Source of the DNA: Cyanophora paradoxa CCMP329
Lineage: Eukaryota; Plantae; Glaucophyta
Direction: 5' to 3'
Assembly: GCA_004431415.1 (NCBI GenBank)
Contig: QPMI01000479.1
Location: 1-64,000 of the forward strand
DNA length: 64,000 bases
Both the position numbers and the translations under genes were made by a program. Below, piece by piece: positions 1-10,275 of the stretch. How positions within the stretch are numbered: the first letter of the stretch is position 1; every line of letters begins with the position of its first letter. The notes under the pieces were generated by a model. That model did no database searches. It was not told where the DNA came from and worked only from the letters and a program-made list of their open reading frames with translations.

Positions 1-506
1 GATATCCAAACCTGTGGATTGCTGACTTTTACGAACTTGCAGATAAACGACAAGCGAACTTTGATTGCCCTGAATTGATCCAGACTATCCCCTTAAACGT
101 TTTGGTAGAGAGGTTGCAATTCTATCTAAATATTCAATCACATCTACAACAACTTCCCTTCTGGCTCTGTATGTGAGCCAGCGATATAATTCATTAATGC
201 TGTTCCATCTTCTGCCTCTGGTTCTATTTGCCTCAGGCGATCGAGTTCATCAAGAGTTCAACTTTATCATAGAGGTTATTGGCTTTTCTGGTTAATTTTG
301 CTAAAGTGGGTCTGCCCCTTGAAATAAATCCGATTTCCCGGTCATATTCAGCCTCTGTGATTTCATGGGCTGCATACAGTGTTCCCAGTAATCCATGTTC
401 CCATTTCTTTCTCTAATGAGTCTGTTGCTAATTCGGGCATTGTTCCTAACTTGTTCTACTAAAAGGGGAGGTTTTAAATGGGGAATTCTGAACACAAAAT
501 TTGATG

Positions 507-545
507 AAAACTACTTAAAGAAATATCTTCTATATATATAAAAGG
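507..545 (+). promoter_or_regulatory. Putative viral early promoter, copy 1
   Basis: AAAACTACTTAAAGAAATATCTTCTATATATATAAAAGG ends 3 nt before the ATG at 549, is preceded by AAAATTTGA (496-504), and is 38/39 identical to 1826-1864. Confidence 0.7.
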
Positions 546-548
546 ACA

Positions 549-1337
549 ATGGCAGAGAAGAAATCGTATTGCCTGGAAAAGCTCAAAGCGGCTTTAATGT
601 TGCTTTGTGGATCTGATAACTTCAATGATTATGTTGCTCTTGGAAGTAACAGGAAACCGCTCCCTCTTTGGGCAAAGCTTGCAAAATATGATTAAGTGAC
701 TATGACCTGCCTCCAGAGTCTGAGCATTGCGCCTGTGATCATCCAATTAAAGAGCAATGCTATATTCTGCATGTTAATAAAAAGATTGTGGTCATTGTTG
801 GGAATTGCTGCATTTTACGATTTATTCCGAAGGGTGCCAGAGGTCAAGATATATGTGAAAGATGTGGAGATCGGCATAAAAACCGAAAGGATAATTTCTG
901 TAATAAGTGCAGAATCGCTTTAAAGCAAGAAGAACTGGAAAGAAAAAGAGAACTTGAAAAAACAAGAGGAAGTCGAAAGAGGCAGCTTGAATTAGAAGAA
1001 AGAGAGCGAAGACAGAGAGAATTAGAACAGAAAGAGCAAGGAATAAACATGCAGTTAATCTTTTCCTGATTTGGTGAACCAATTTTATTCCGAAAATGGA
1101 TAATCTTCGCAGAGATGATATAGAGAGGTTCAGAGAGGGCAGATCTGCATTGATTGAAATGTATGCAGAACTCAGTACAACAAATACATTGGTTGCTGGG
1201 TTTCAGGTGCCTTATCTTAAAAAGATATCGCAAAAGGATTAGATTGCAGATGGAATAAGGACAAGAAAACATGGGAGACCTTGGAAATTGAACCATTTGT
1301 AGCATTGCTAGGTAAGCATTCAAACTTATGTATATGA
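549..1337 (+). CDS. Cys/His zinc-finger protein with coiled coil and C-terminal DUF5710-like domain (frameshifted)
   Basis: Joined frames read HCACDHPIKEQCYI...VGNCCILRF...CERCGDRHKNRKDNFCNKC, then an E/K/R-rich coil, then VPY..KKDIAKGLDCRWNKDKKTW (DUF5710-like). About 3 frameshifts are needed. Confidence 0.6.
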
Positions 1338-1364
1338 GCGATTTGGACAAAGAGGTTAGAGAAC

Positions 1365-1398
1365 AAAAAATGATTTAAAGAATTCTCTATATATATTA
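1365..1398 (+). promoter_or_regulatory. Putative viral early promoter, degenerate copy
   Basis: AAAAAATGATTTAAAGAATTCTCTATATATATTA lies upstream of the ATG at 1416 and has the same TTAAAGA...TCTATATATAT layout. Confidence 0.6.
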
Positions 1399-1415
1399 AG
1401 AGAGACAAAGGAAAA

Positions 1416-1658
1416 ATGCCACTCAGTGAAGCCCAGAAGAGAGCTATGAAAAGATATCAGCAAACTGAAAAAGGTAAGGCTCAAATCAAAAAGTTTAACG
1501 AAAAAATAGCCACACAGCTAAGAGATCTATATAACAATGATGATACTTATAGAGCCATGAAAATAGCCAGTTCATGTCAGCGAAGTATGCAGCCAATGCA
1601 GTCTGCTTTGTCAAGTATTTGTATGATGTCCCTTACTCAAACAGAGGGAGAAAATTGA
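1416..1658 (+). CDS. Small basic viral hypothetical protein (possible DNA-binding)
   Basis: MPLSEAQKRAMKRYQQTEKGK... follows the promoter motif. The C-terminus is probably frameshifted. Confidence 0.6.
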   Translation: MPLSEAQKRAMKRYQQTEKGKAQIKKFNEKIATQLRDLYNNDDTYRAMKIASSCQRSMQPMQSALSSICMMSLTQTEGEN

Positions 1659-1825
1659 AACATGTCTAAATTATTTTTCCCAGCATATTACTAGGCTGGG
1701 GATATGCTGTTTATTCGCTGAAATACCCATTCATCCTTTTTGTATCTGAACCACTCGATAAGTCGTGTGGAAATATTTCGTAGGGATACTTTCTCGATTT
1801 CCAACAAAAAATGATTGGGGGACCC

Positions 1826-1864
1826 AAAACTACTTAAAGAAAAATCTTCTATATATATAAAAGG
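1826..1864 (+). promoter_or_regulatory. Putative viral early promoter, copy 2 (primase-helicase)
   Basis: 39-bp near-identical copy of 507-545, preceded by AAAAAATGA and bracketed by an imperfect inverted repeat (ATTGGGGGACCC / GGGACCCCCAAT). Confidence 0.7.
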
Positions 1865-1882
1865 GACCCCCAATCGCTGAAA

Positions 1883-4206
1883 ATGAACGCCAAACAGACT
1901 AAATCGCTCAAATCGCTCGCTAACTGGCTCAGATCTGATGAGGATCTAGCCAAAAACATGATTATCCCGGTGAAACCTGACAGCAAAGACCCTGTTTTCA
2001 AGCATAAGGGAGGTGCTTGGTCCTGGGAAAGTATGAGGAAGCGCTGGCAACTAATCAGTATGTATCTTGGGGCATTCTGCTCTCAGACAACATGATGGTT
2101 ATTGACTTTGATGATGAGGAGAACTTTGAGAAATTCCGGGATATGTTTCCTGATGACTTTGATGCCAATCAGCCCATGGCAAAAACTAAAAAAGGCTATC
2201 ATGTCTACTTTAAACGACCTGAGGAGTTCACTAAACTCAAAATCACCGATAAGGCTCCTGGCTTTAAAGGCTTTGAAAAGGTTGACCTGAAAACAATCAC
2301 TGGAACTGGTACTTCTGGATTGATCAATGTGTGTCCCAGTGTCAACAAGGCTTGGGTGATCTCCCCATGGGATGATACCTGTGATTTCAATGAGCCTACT
2401 GATGACTTCAAAAAGTGGATAATAGATAACTACATCTATAAGAGTGAGTATACTGCTAATGCTACCTCACATGATGAACTGGAAAACAATATTATCAAAG
2501 AGCTGGTGGATATGGGATTTATGCATCCCAATATAATCTCTAAAACTGAACTTGGCTTTAACTTTGATGCTGCTAACAAGGGACTCAATTGCCCATGCTG
2601 CAATGGTTCACATGAATCGAATAACTGGTATGTTATGAAAGCTAAAGGAGATGATAACAAATACATTGTGTCAAGCTACAGTGGAAATTGCAAAAAACGA
2701 TTCATCTGCATTGGAATGCAATCTGATATCTTAATCTTATAGATAAATCCGCTGGTTCAGGTGGCGCTCATTATGATGTAAGTTTAGTATGCAAAGAGGT
2801 TCTGAAACACACTTGGAGATACTCCAAAAAGTCATGGTTCAAACTCAATACTGATACTGGGATTTGGGAGCTTGATGACACAAACCTTAAGATTTACCTA
2901 GATATAAGCCGTCTTGTTGTCCCCCAATACCTTGGAAGGGCTGTGCATTATAGTCAAAGAGCTTTAAAGGATGAGGAAAACAAAGCAGCTTTCGAAGAAA
3001 GATCCAAAACATTGATGACCATTGCCAAAAATCTTAAACAATCAGGATTTCGCAAATCCCTTCTGACTGACTTGGTCCCACTGCTGAATGATGATGAATT
3101 CTTTGAGAAGATTGACACAGTTCCATATGTGATTGGATTCGAAAATGGTGTATTTGATCTGACCACTATGACTTTCAGAAAGGGTAAACTGGAAGATATG
3201 GTGAGCAAGACTGTGGGTTATGACTATACTGAAAATGTAGACCCCAAGAAAGTGGAGCATCTCAATCAGATTTATAAAGAGATTGTGGATGATCCAGCAG
3301 AGCGAAAGTATCTTCTGGCATCCATTGCAATTGCCCTTAGTGGATCAACTAAATCCCAGAAGTTCTATATGTGGACTGGTGCTGGTGCTAATGGTAAATC
3401 ACTTGTTCAGGAATACTGCAAACAGATATCTGGTCGCTATTACAGCCCTCTCGAAATATCCTATTGGACTAAGCCTAAAAAGAACTCATCAGAGGCTACT
3501 CCTGAACTTGCCAAACTCCTTGGAAAGCGACTTGTATTCAGTAATGAGGCTGAAGATGGTGATAAACTGCAGATCTCCAAGATTAAGGAGGTCACAGGTG
3601 GAAATGAAATGACTGTGAGAGCCTTGTTCAAAGACCCAGTTATCCTTACCCCAATGTTTCAGGTCTACATTACAACTAATGACAATTTGACTATAAATAA
3701 ACCAGACTTTGCAATTCAAAGAAGACTTTCCTATCAGAGATTCAATAATATATTCAGAGAGAAGCCAGAAGCTGGTCAAAAGAAAGCTGACCCAACTCTG
3801 TTCACACTTCTACACAATGATGATGAGTATAAGATGGCTCACATGAAGATATTACTGGATATGTGGAAGAACAAAGAGGTTGAAGAGATCTTAAGAAGTC
3901 CCCTCAATCGATTATTGAACAGGGAATTAACTTTATAGCTGAAAATGATAAGATTGGTGAATGGCTTCGAGATAATTTCGAGGTTACACATAATGCTAAC
4001 GACTTTGTTTCCAGTGATATCATTTACAAATCATACAAAAGTGTTGATGATAAAGTTGAATGTGTATCTGTTATGAAGAGAGTAAGGGAGATCTTCAATG
4101 TTAAATCAGAGGTTAAACGAATTCATGGAACCAGAGCAAGGGCTACATTGGACTTCGAAAGATAACAAGGGTTCAAGAAGACAATGGAGAGGATGTTGAA
4201 TATTAA
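1883..4206 (+). CDS. Bifunctional primase-polymerase fused to D5-like superfamily 3 helicase (frameshifted; ORFs 1883-2095, 2017-2742, 2943-3938 plus tail)
   Basis: Prim-Pol motifs MMVIDFDD and TKKGYHVYF; Zn motif CPCCNGSHESN; D5_N-like IGFENGVFDLTT..FR; Walker A GAGANGKS; Walker B LVFSNE; motif C ITTN; AIQRR. Confidence 0.9.
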
Positions 4207-4249
4207 ACGAAACGATTAATGATTGATTTGTATATGTAATTTTTATAGC

Positions 4250-4378
4250 CTTACTGGAAATGGTGTTGTTCACAGGTGTCACAGGTCCATCCCAGGGAAA
4301 GTCAAACATAAAAAATGATTAAGAAAATCGGTGGGATAGACCTGTGACACCTGTGACACCTGTGACACCTGTGACACC
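4250..4378. repeat. Inverted iteron-like array A (9-bp ACCTGTGAC units), candidate origin
   Basis: CACAGGTGTCACAGGTCCATCCC, an A-rich spacer, then GGGATAG(ACCTGTGAC)x4, directly after the helicase gene. Two related copies lie at 21001-21318. Confidence 0.85.
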
Positions 4379-4445
4379 GATCGAAAAAGACCAAAATTTG
4401 ACAAGAATACTTAAGGCTTACTTGATTGTGTATAGTGAAGACAAA

Positions 4446-4667
4446 ATGGCAAAGACTCTTGATGAGATGACCATGACTGAGTTAGATAAATGCATAAAGC
4501 ATGGAGATATTGGAGCATATATCGAAATGTCACAGAGATTGATAGGTTACAATATGTATGCAGCAAAACCAAAAAGAAATAGATCAGTAAACATTCACAT
4601 TACTGTTTCAGTGTCTGAGAATGCAAACAAAAAACAACAAAAGCATATTTACAAAACTTATGTGTGA
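4446..4667 (+). CDS. Small viral hypothetical protein
   Basis: MAKTLDEMTMTELDKCIK..., preceded by an AAAATTTGA...ACTTAAG promoter-like motif (4393-4415). Confidence 0.5.
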   Translation: MAKTLDEMTMTELDKCIKHGDIGAYIEMSQRLIGYNMYAAKPKRNRSVNIHITVSVSENANKKQQKHIYKTYV

Positions 4668-4754
4668 CTTGATTGCAAGTATAAAGCCAATTCCTTTGTA
4701 TATATTTTTATAGCTGCCTCAGTGGCATACTGAGACCGCTTTTTCTCAATTATC

Positions 4755-5000
4755 TTATAGACCTGGGGGTCCATTGCTACTATCAGTGGGCAAATAATAT
4801 TTAATCGGTCTCCCTCTAGGTCTCTGCTCCTCTTTTTGGGCTTTTCTTCGATAATAGGATGCCAAAGCTTGTTGTTTCTTATACTCTCTATATTCTGGGT
4901 CCTCTCTATATCGTTTCTGCTTTGCCAGTATGTGTCTAATAGCACCCTCAGTTAAAGGCTCATCATTGGTAAACTCGATTAAACTAATTGTATCCTCCAT
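4755..5000 (-). CDS. Small basic protein with AT-hook-like motif
   Basis: Starting from the internal Met (MEDTISLIEF...), it has a basic helix KQKRYREDPEYREYKKQQALASYYRRK followed by RPRGRP. Confidence 0.5.
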   Translation of the reverse strand: MEDTISLIEFTNDEPLTEGAIRHILAKQKRYREDPEYREYKKQQALASYYRRKAQKEEQRPRGRPIKYYLPTDSSNGPPGL

Positions 5001-5256
5001 TAATATTTGCAGAGAAAACGTTTTCACCAGGTAAAGAACTTCTCCTTGGATACTCCTGTTGCTCATATGTATACTCTGTGGGGTCTGCTGGCATTGACTC
5101 CACAGACACTGTTGATCTTCTTCTCTCTCTTGCTTCTGAGGCATTATCCTCATTATCTGACATCTCAAACTCTATTGTTGTGTCACAGCATCCACTGTGG
5201 CAATTGCTGACCACATGCAGACTGAGCATCTCAATAAACTTTCGTATTATATCCAT
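4984..5256 (-). CDS. Small viral hypothetical protein
   Basis: 90-aa ATG ORF co-oriented with the structural module, with a short Cys cluster CHSGCC. Confidence 0.5.
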   Translation of the reverse strand: MDIIRKFIEMLSLHVVSNCHSGCCDTTIEFEMSDNEDNASEARERRRSTVSVESMPADPTEYTYEQQEYPRRSSLPGENVFSANINGGYN

Positions 5257-5325
5257 GTCTCTAATAAAACAGAGAAAATTAAAGCCAAACTCGTCTTTTA
5301 TATACTGTTGGGGCTACTCCCTTTT

Positions 5326-6010
5326 CTACTTCAGCTTTGGTGGCACCAGGTTCAATGGTTCCCTTTTGGGTTTTGTTTTCATTTCATCTACTGCCTGCTC
5401 ATCGATTTGGTTCTCTTTCTTAGCAATAAACTGTTTATCTGGGACACCAGTAATGCCCATTTTATAAACTTCCTTTCGAAGCATCTCCTTTAGCTTAGCC
5501 CTCTCTTTCTTCTCAGTAACATACTGCTCCAAGGCACTGGATTTGGCTTCCAAGTCTTTGAGTTTAGCAGTCATCTCATCCCATTGAGCTTTGGGAATTC
5601 GATGAATATTTTGAGTGGGAGCAGTCTTATATGTGACTTCACCAGCCATAGACTGGATAACCTTGTCTGATTCCTTACTTAGACCTTCACCTTTGCGAGC
5701 CAGTGATAGATCTTGCAAGCCTAAACCTTTATCATCAGCAGCACCAATAATTCGCCTGGCACCCTCAGCAACAGCTTTCATTTTTGAGGCTTCTGGTGAT
5801 ATATTGAGTTGGTCACTGGTTGAAGCCTGTGGGCTTTGTCATCGACTGATTCCTCATAGGCAGCATTGAGGGGTCTTCTTCTTGCTGTGAGGGCTTCACC
5901 TCATTCATACCATTGAATTTCATTGGTTCAGTATTAATGGATCCATTGTTTCCACCACCTGAATAGCCAACAGCCCCAGCTGGGATCCCTATCTTTCGTT
6001 TGGGAGGCAT
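5326..6010 (-). CDS. Viral hypothetical protein with coiled coil (ORFs 5813-6010 and 5326-5781 joined by a frameshift)
   Basis: Starts MPPKRK (NLS-like), has a K/E-rich C-terminus, and lies immediately downstream of the ATPase. Confidence 0.55.
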
Positions 6011-6088
6011 TGTATCTTTATTAGAATGAGAGATAATTTTATAAACCGCGTTTATATCGCATCAATTTATTGCTATGGACTTGGCTTT

Positions 6089-6819
6089 TCACTTCTTTGG
6101 GGCTTCCTCTTTTTCTGGTGGTTTCAGTTCATCCTCTTTCTTTTTTGGCTTCCTGTGGAAGCGAGGAAATGGGAAATCTTTCACAAGCTCAGCTTTATCT
6201 ACATAGTATTTAACTGAGTAGTTTGCAGAGGACCAAATGATATACTGATAGGAGTGAACATACTCTTCAAACATCTTGTAGAAATCCTCTTTATTTCGCA
6301 TTATATTGTATTCTTCCTCTATGGCTTCAAGTTCTTTGCGATTAGCAGCACTGAGAAACATAGCATAGTCAGAATTGACTCGAATAGTCGAAGAGACTTT
6401 TCTTAGCTTTTGTGTGATGCAGATAATGGATATTTTCGAATGGCGACCTCTGGAATACAGAGATCCGATTATTTTATCCTTGTGAGATCGACTATCTCAT
6501 TATCGATTAAATCATCTAAAACTACACATAACTGGTTAACAGGTTCACCCTTTTCTATTTTCTCTTGCCTCTCATCTAGCAATTTAGCAATGTAAGGGGC
6601 ATCCCATTTTCCCAGTTGCAGTGTTGCCACTTTATCCCAGAAATGATTGAAGCTGGTTCCACTCACAACTAATACAACATCAATCTTTTTGGCATCATGC
6701 AACTGCTTCAACCAATACTTTACAGCTTCTGATTTACCAGTTGCTGATTTTCCTATTGCCAATACACGAAATGGTGGTTCTATCATTTCACCAGCCACAA
6801 ATTCATCCAGATCATTCAT
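6089..6819 (-). CDS. A32/FtsK-family DNA packaging ATPase (one frameshift near 6470)
   Basis: Walker A GKSATGKS; Walker B CVVLDD; after the shift, SRGRHSKISIICITQ and IRVNSDY, which are A32 family signatures. Confidence 0.93.
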
Positions 6820-6884
6820 TGTTGTATATCTTTCTAAATAAAGACAGATAAAAATAATGCAGGAAGACTGAATATCGTAACAAT

Positions 6885-8253
6885 CTATAAATTAATTCTG
6901 CGTAAACCATCTTTGTCGACAATAAGGAAACTATGCATGAGAGCGCGAACATTAACATCAATTGTCTTATCTGAAGGCATGTAGAGGGTGAGGAATGAAG
7001 ATGAGGAATTTGTTAAATCAACATAACCAGACTGGGCAATATTTCGAATTGCCTTTTCTCCATCAAGGCAGAATGGGAGTCCTGAAAGGACATAGCGATC
7101 AGCAACCTTATCCATGTTAGAGCATTTGAAGGCATCAGCAATTAGCTCAGCACCTTTGAGTAGGGAAATTGGCTCAGTGGCAAAAAGTCGCTGACCATTT
7201 ATTTCAGTTGTAAATGTTATGTCTTTGGAGTTGGCATAGGTCTTAAGAACACTATGGGAGCCTGTGGATTTGTCAACAGTTGCATTATCACGAACTGAAA
7301 CAAGCAGAGCATATACAAGACCAGAGATTTGTGAGAGGTTGATTCGATTGGGTTGGGCATTGCCCTTAGCAGGGAAAGCAATAGCATCAACAAATCCAAT
7401 ATCAAGGGAGGGAATAGCCATGCCAGTAGTCTTAACCTTTTCAATTACAGTAGCAAACAGCTCATCAGAAACATTAATAGCATGCATGTAAAGGCGAGGA
7501 GAAGTAATTGAAATTTCAGGAGTTGTTGCACCAAGAGTAAAGCCTGTGATGTTTTGTCCAACATTTGCCAGAACAGTTTCAGCAGGGCAGTTCCAAGACC
7601 ATCATCTTTTGAATAATCTACATCAGCTGCTGCAACAGTAAGACCACGACCACCATAGATGTTTCAACATAGCCTTTTCCAACATCCTTAAACCAAACAG
7701 TAACAACCATTTCACCAGATAAAGCACCAAGGGAAGGTAGTGATTTAGCCAAGGCACAGGGATTTCAACGAAAAATGAGCCACCAAGTCGGTTGGTTCCA
7801 TGAGCAGGGATGCCATGAACCATGCCCATTGATCGCTTCTTTTTAGCTAGTTGATCTTCCGAATAATAGACCAGGGGAAATGAGCAAGGAAATCAGAGGG
7901 GATATGGTAGGTGTAAGATCCATAGGTAATTTCAAGTCGCTGAACTAAAGCACCAACTGGGCGAGTGTATCCATTGCGAACAAGGTCAGTATCGCCAGCA
8001 AAAGCAGTGATCTCTGGAAGGTCGAAAGCAAGTTCGAGTTTTCCACAGAAATTGTAGCGAGGTAGCTTGAAGGAAATGCGATTTCCTACATTATTTGTGA
8101 AAGTATTGCTGGGATTCACAACAACTAGAACTGGCTTTGACTTGGATTCGAGACCAAGCATAAGAGAGTTATCCAGGAAAAAGGCTTTCGCCTCCTCTGG
8201 GTTGTTAGGGCTTCTTTCAGCGAAAGTCTTTGAAGAGTGGAAGTGATATCCAT
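6885..8253 (-). CDS. Double-jelly-roll major capsid protein, PLV-type (frameshifted, ~455 aa)
   Basis: GNRISFKLPRYNFCGKLELAFDLP, ALVQRLEITYG, FFVEIPVPW, RINLSQISGLVYALLVSVR, FTTEINGQRLF. Size and position between ATPase and penton fit an MCP. Confidence 0.82.
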
Positions 8254-8306
8254 TATATTCTCTTTTATTATACTGCAACATAAAAAATCTACCAATGATC
8301 CTTAAT

Positions 8307-9315
8307 TTATGCGAAGTTTGTAATAACTGGATAGGAAGGGTGAAGCTGCGACATTCTCATCTTATAGTATTCATAAACTGGGTCCCCAGCTGGCTCATCA
8401 CCATAGCGAATTTCAAAGGTAAGGTGAACAGGTTGACCCTCGAAATCAATTGGTTCATTTACAGCATTCACAATATCAACCGAGAAAGTGGATAATCCAA
8501 CCTTCTTATTATAGTATTTGTAAAGTGGATGAGCCTCTGTCGAATTGTAAACTACATGCTCACCATAATCTTTGTCAGGGACCACTATTTTATGGAAGTA
8601 ACCAGTCAGAAGACCATCCCCACATTGCACCAGATCACCCAGCTCCTTTACTCTCACAAACAAAACACTATCCCTGGTCGTCTCAGGCTCAAATGAAGAT
8701 ATAATACCGTTCACTCGAGTCCCAGTAAAGATACCATCAGTGAGACCATCATAAACTTGTGATTTGATTGGGAATTGCCATATCTTCCAGGATCAAGACC
8801 AAAAAGTCGAGCTGAGCTTAACAGCTTTTGGATTGTTTGCAGGTTTGGGTTTACAGCAAGTGAGAAAGCCAGGTAAAACTTTTTTTCGGAATGGAAAATA
8901 ATTCGTTTCAGTGTCTCATCCCATTTGCAGCGAAGAGATGGTTTAGGATTTCTGTCATTAAACTTTTCATTTATAACATTCACCAGCTGTTGGTGGTTTT
9001 GAATGGGGTTTCGCGATTTACAATGAATTGTTTCCATTGTTCAAAATCAGCAGCTGGGCGAGTTGTTGGAATTCCTGTTATTCCAGCTCCTGCAAGTTCT
9101 TCAGAATAATAAATACTAAATGTGTTATCAACTGTAACATCTCCTGCTTTGGTTTCACCACTCACCATAGGGATGCTGTTATAAAATTCGGCTGAGACCA
9201 GTCTCACAGCCCTCACATTCTCATAAGTACTGGGGAGTCTTGCCACAAAGCTTGATGTGGGACCATCACCAGAGATTGTATTAAATGAGCTAACCTCGAT
9301 GTAATCCACAGGCAT
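8307..9315 (-). CDS. Minor capsid (penton) protein 1 (frameshifted)
   Basis: N-terminal SSFVARLPSTYENVRAVRLVSAEFYNS; C-terminal VLFVRVKEL...LSTFSVDIVNAVNEPIDFEGQPVHLTFEI, typical of a single-jelly-roll penton. Confidence 0.8.
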
Positions 9316-9344
9316 TCTTCTTTTATCTATATTTATATATTAAA

Positions 9345-10275
9345 ATGAATCGACTTGTTAATATTGATAGCAGGGATAGAAGCCAAGGACAAAATGAAAA
9401 CTCTTACAGGGTCACCCTCACAACTCCAGTAGAGAGACCAAGGGAATGCAGGGTTCTATATGCAGAGATTCCAAACAGTATCTATAACAGTGTGGGAACT
9501 GATCATCTAACAGTTCAGTTTAATTACCAAGATGGTTCATATAACCAAGTGATCACACAACAAGTGTATCCCCTTCCCAGTGGCTACATCAATCAGGGTC
9601 ATTTTGGGTAACACACCCTTATAATTATGGGCTGAACTATTCAAGCTTCCAAACCATTGCAGGCAAAACAGTAGCTTTTGAGTTCAAGATATTCTACAAC
9701 CCAACAACCTATAAAGTGGAGTTTTACAGTAACCATGAGTTTCGTTTTATTGCAAGCAACCAGAGAATAGGAAAGCTTTTGGGTGTAAGTTCTACTGAAT
9801 ACACCACTGGGTATTATAGCACTCCTCCTGTTGGTGGATCTCCCTATCGACCTGAGAACCTTTTAAAGTATGATGGCAAACCTATTACACCTGATCACCC
9901 AGCATGGGAATCACCTTCTCAGGACCCAGACTCTCCTCTAAGCCCTTGCAATATTATTTTGACAGCAGGAAGATGTCTGATATGAATGCTGAGCAGTATC
10001 TGTACATGCATATTAAAGAGCTGTCCCCCTTTGCCAGCAGACACAATATAATTCCAAAATCGCAACCACAAAATCAGGGAGCTATCCTTAGATTGCAATT
10101 GAGTAAGGATATAGGGGGCTATGTTTACCATAGTGGTGAGCATGCAGAATTTATTCAAATCAATGACAGAAACCTGGTGATAAGGGAACTCACAGTTGAA
10201 TTTAAAGATTACTTTGGTGAACTGATTGATATGAATGGAATCGATAATTCTTTTCAGTTGGAGTTTATCGAATAA
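9345..10275 (+). CDS. Minor capsid (penton) protein 2 (frameshifted)
   Basis: VNIDSRDR...YRVTL...VLYAEIPNSIYN; C-terminal YLYMHIKEL...IRELTVEFKDYFGELIDMNGIDNSFQLEF. Confidence 0.85.

Noticed and set aside
4344-4445. N-terminal TPVTPVTPV extension of ORF 4344-4667
   Set aside because: It is a translation of the iteron array. The ATG at 4446, behind a promoter-like motif, is the more plausible start.
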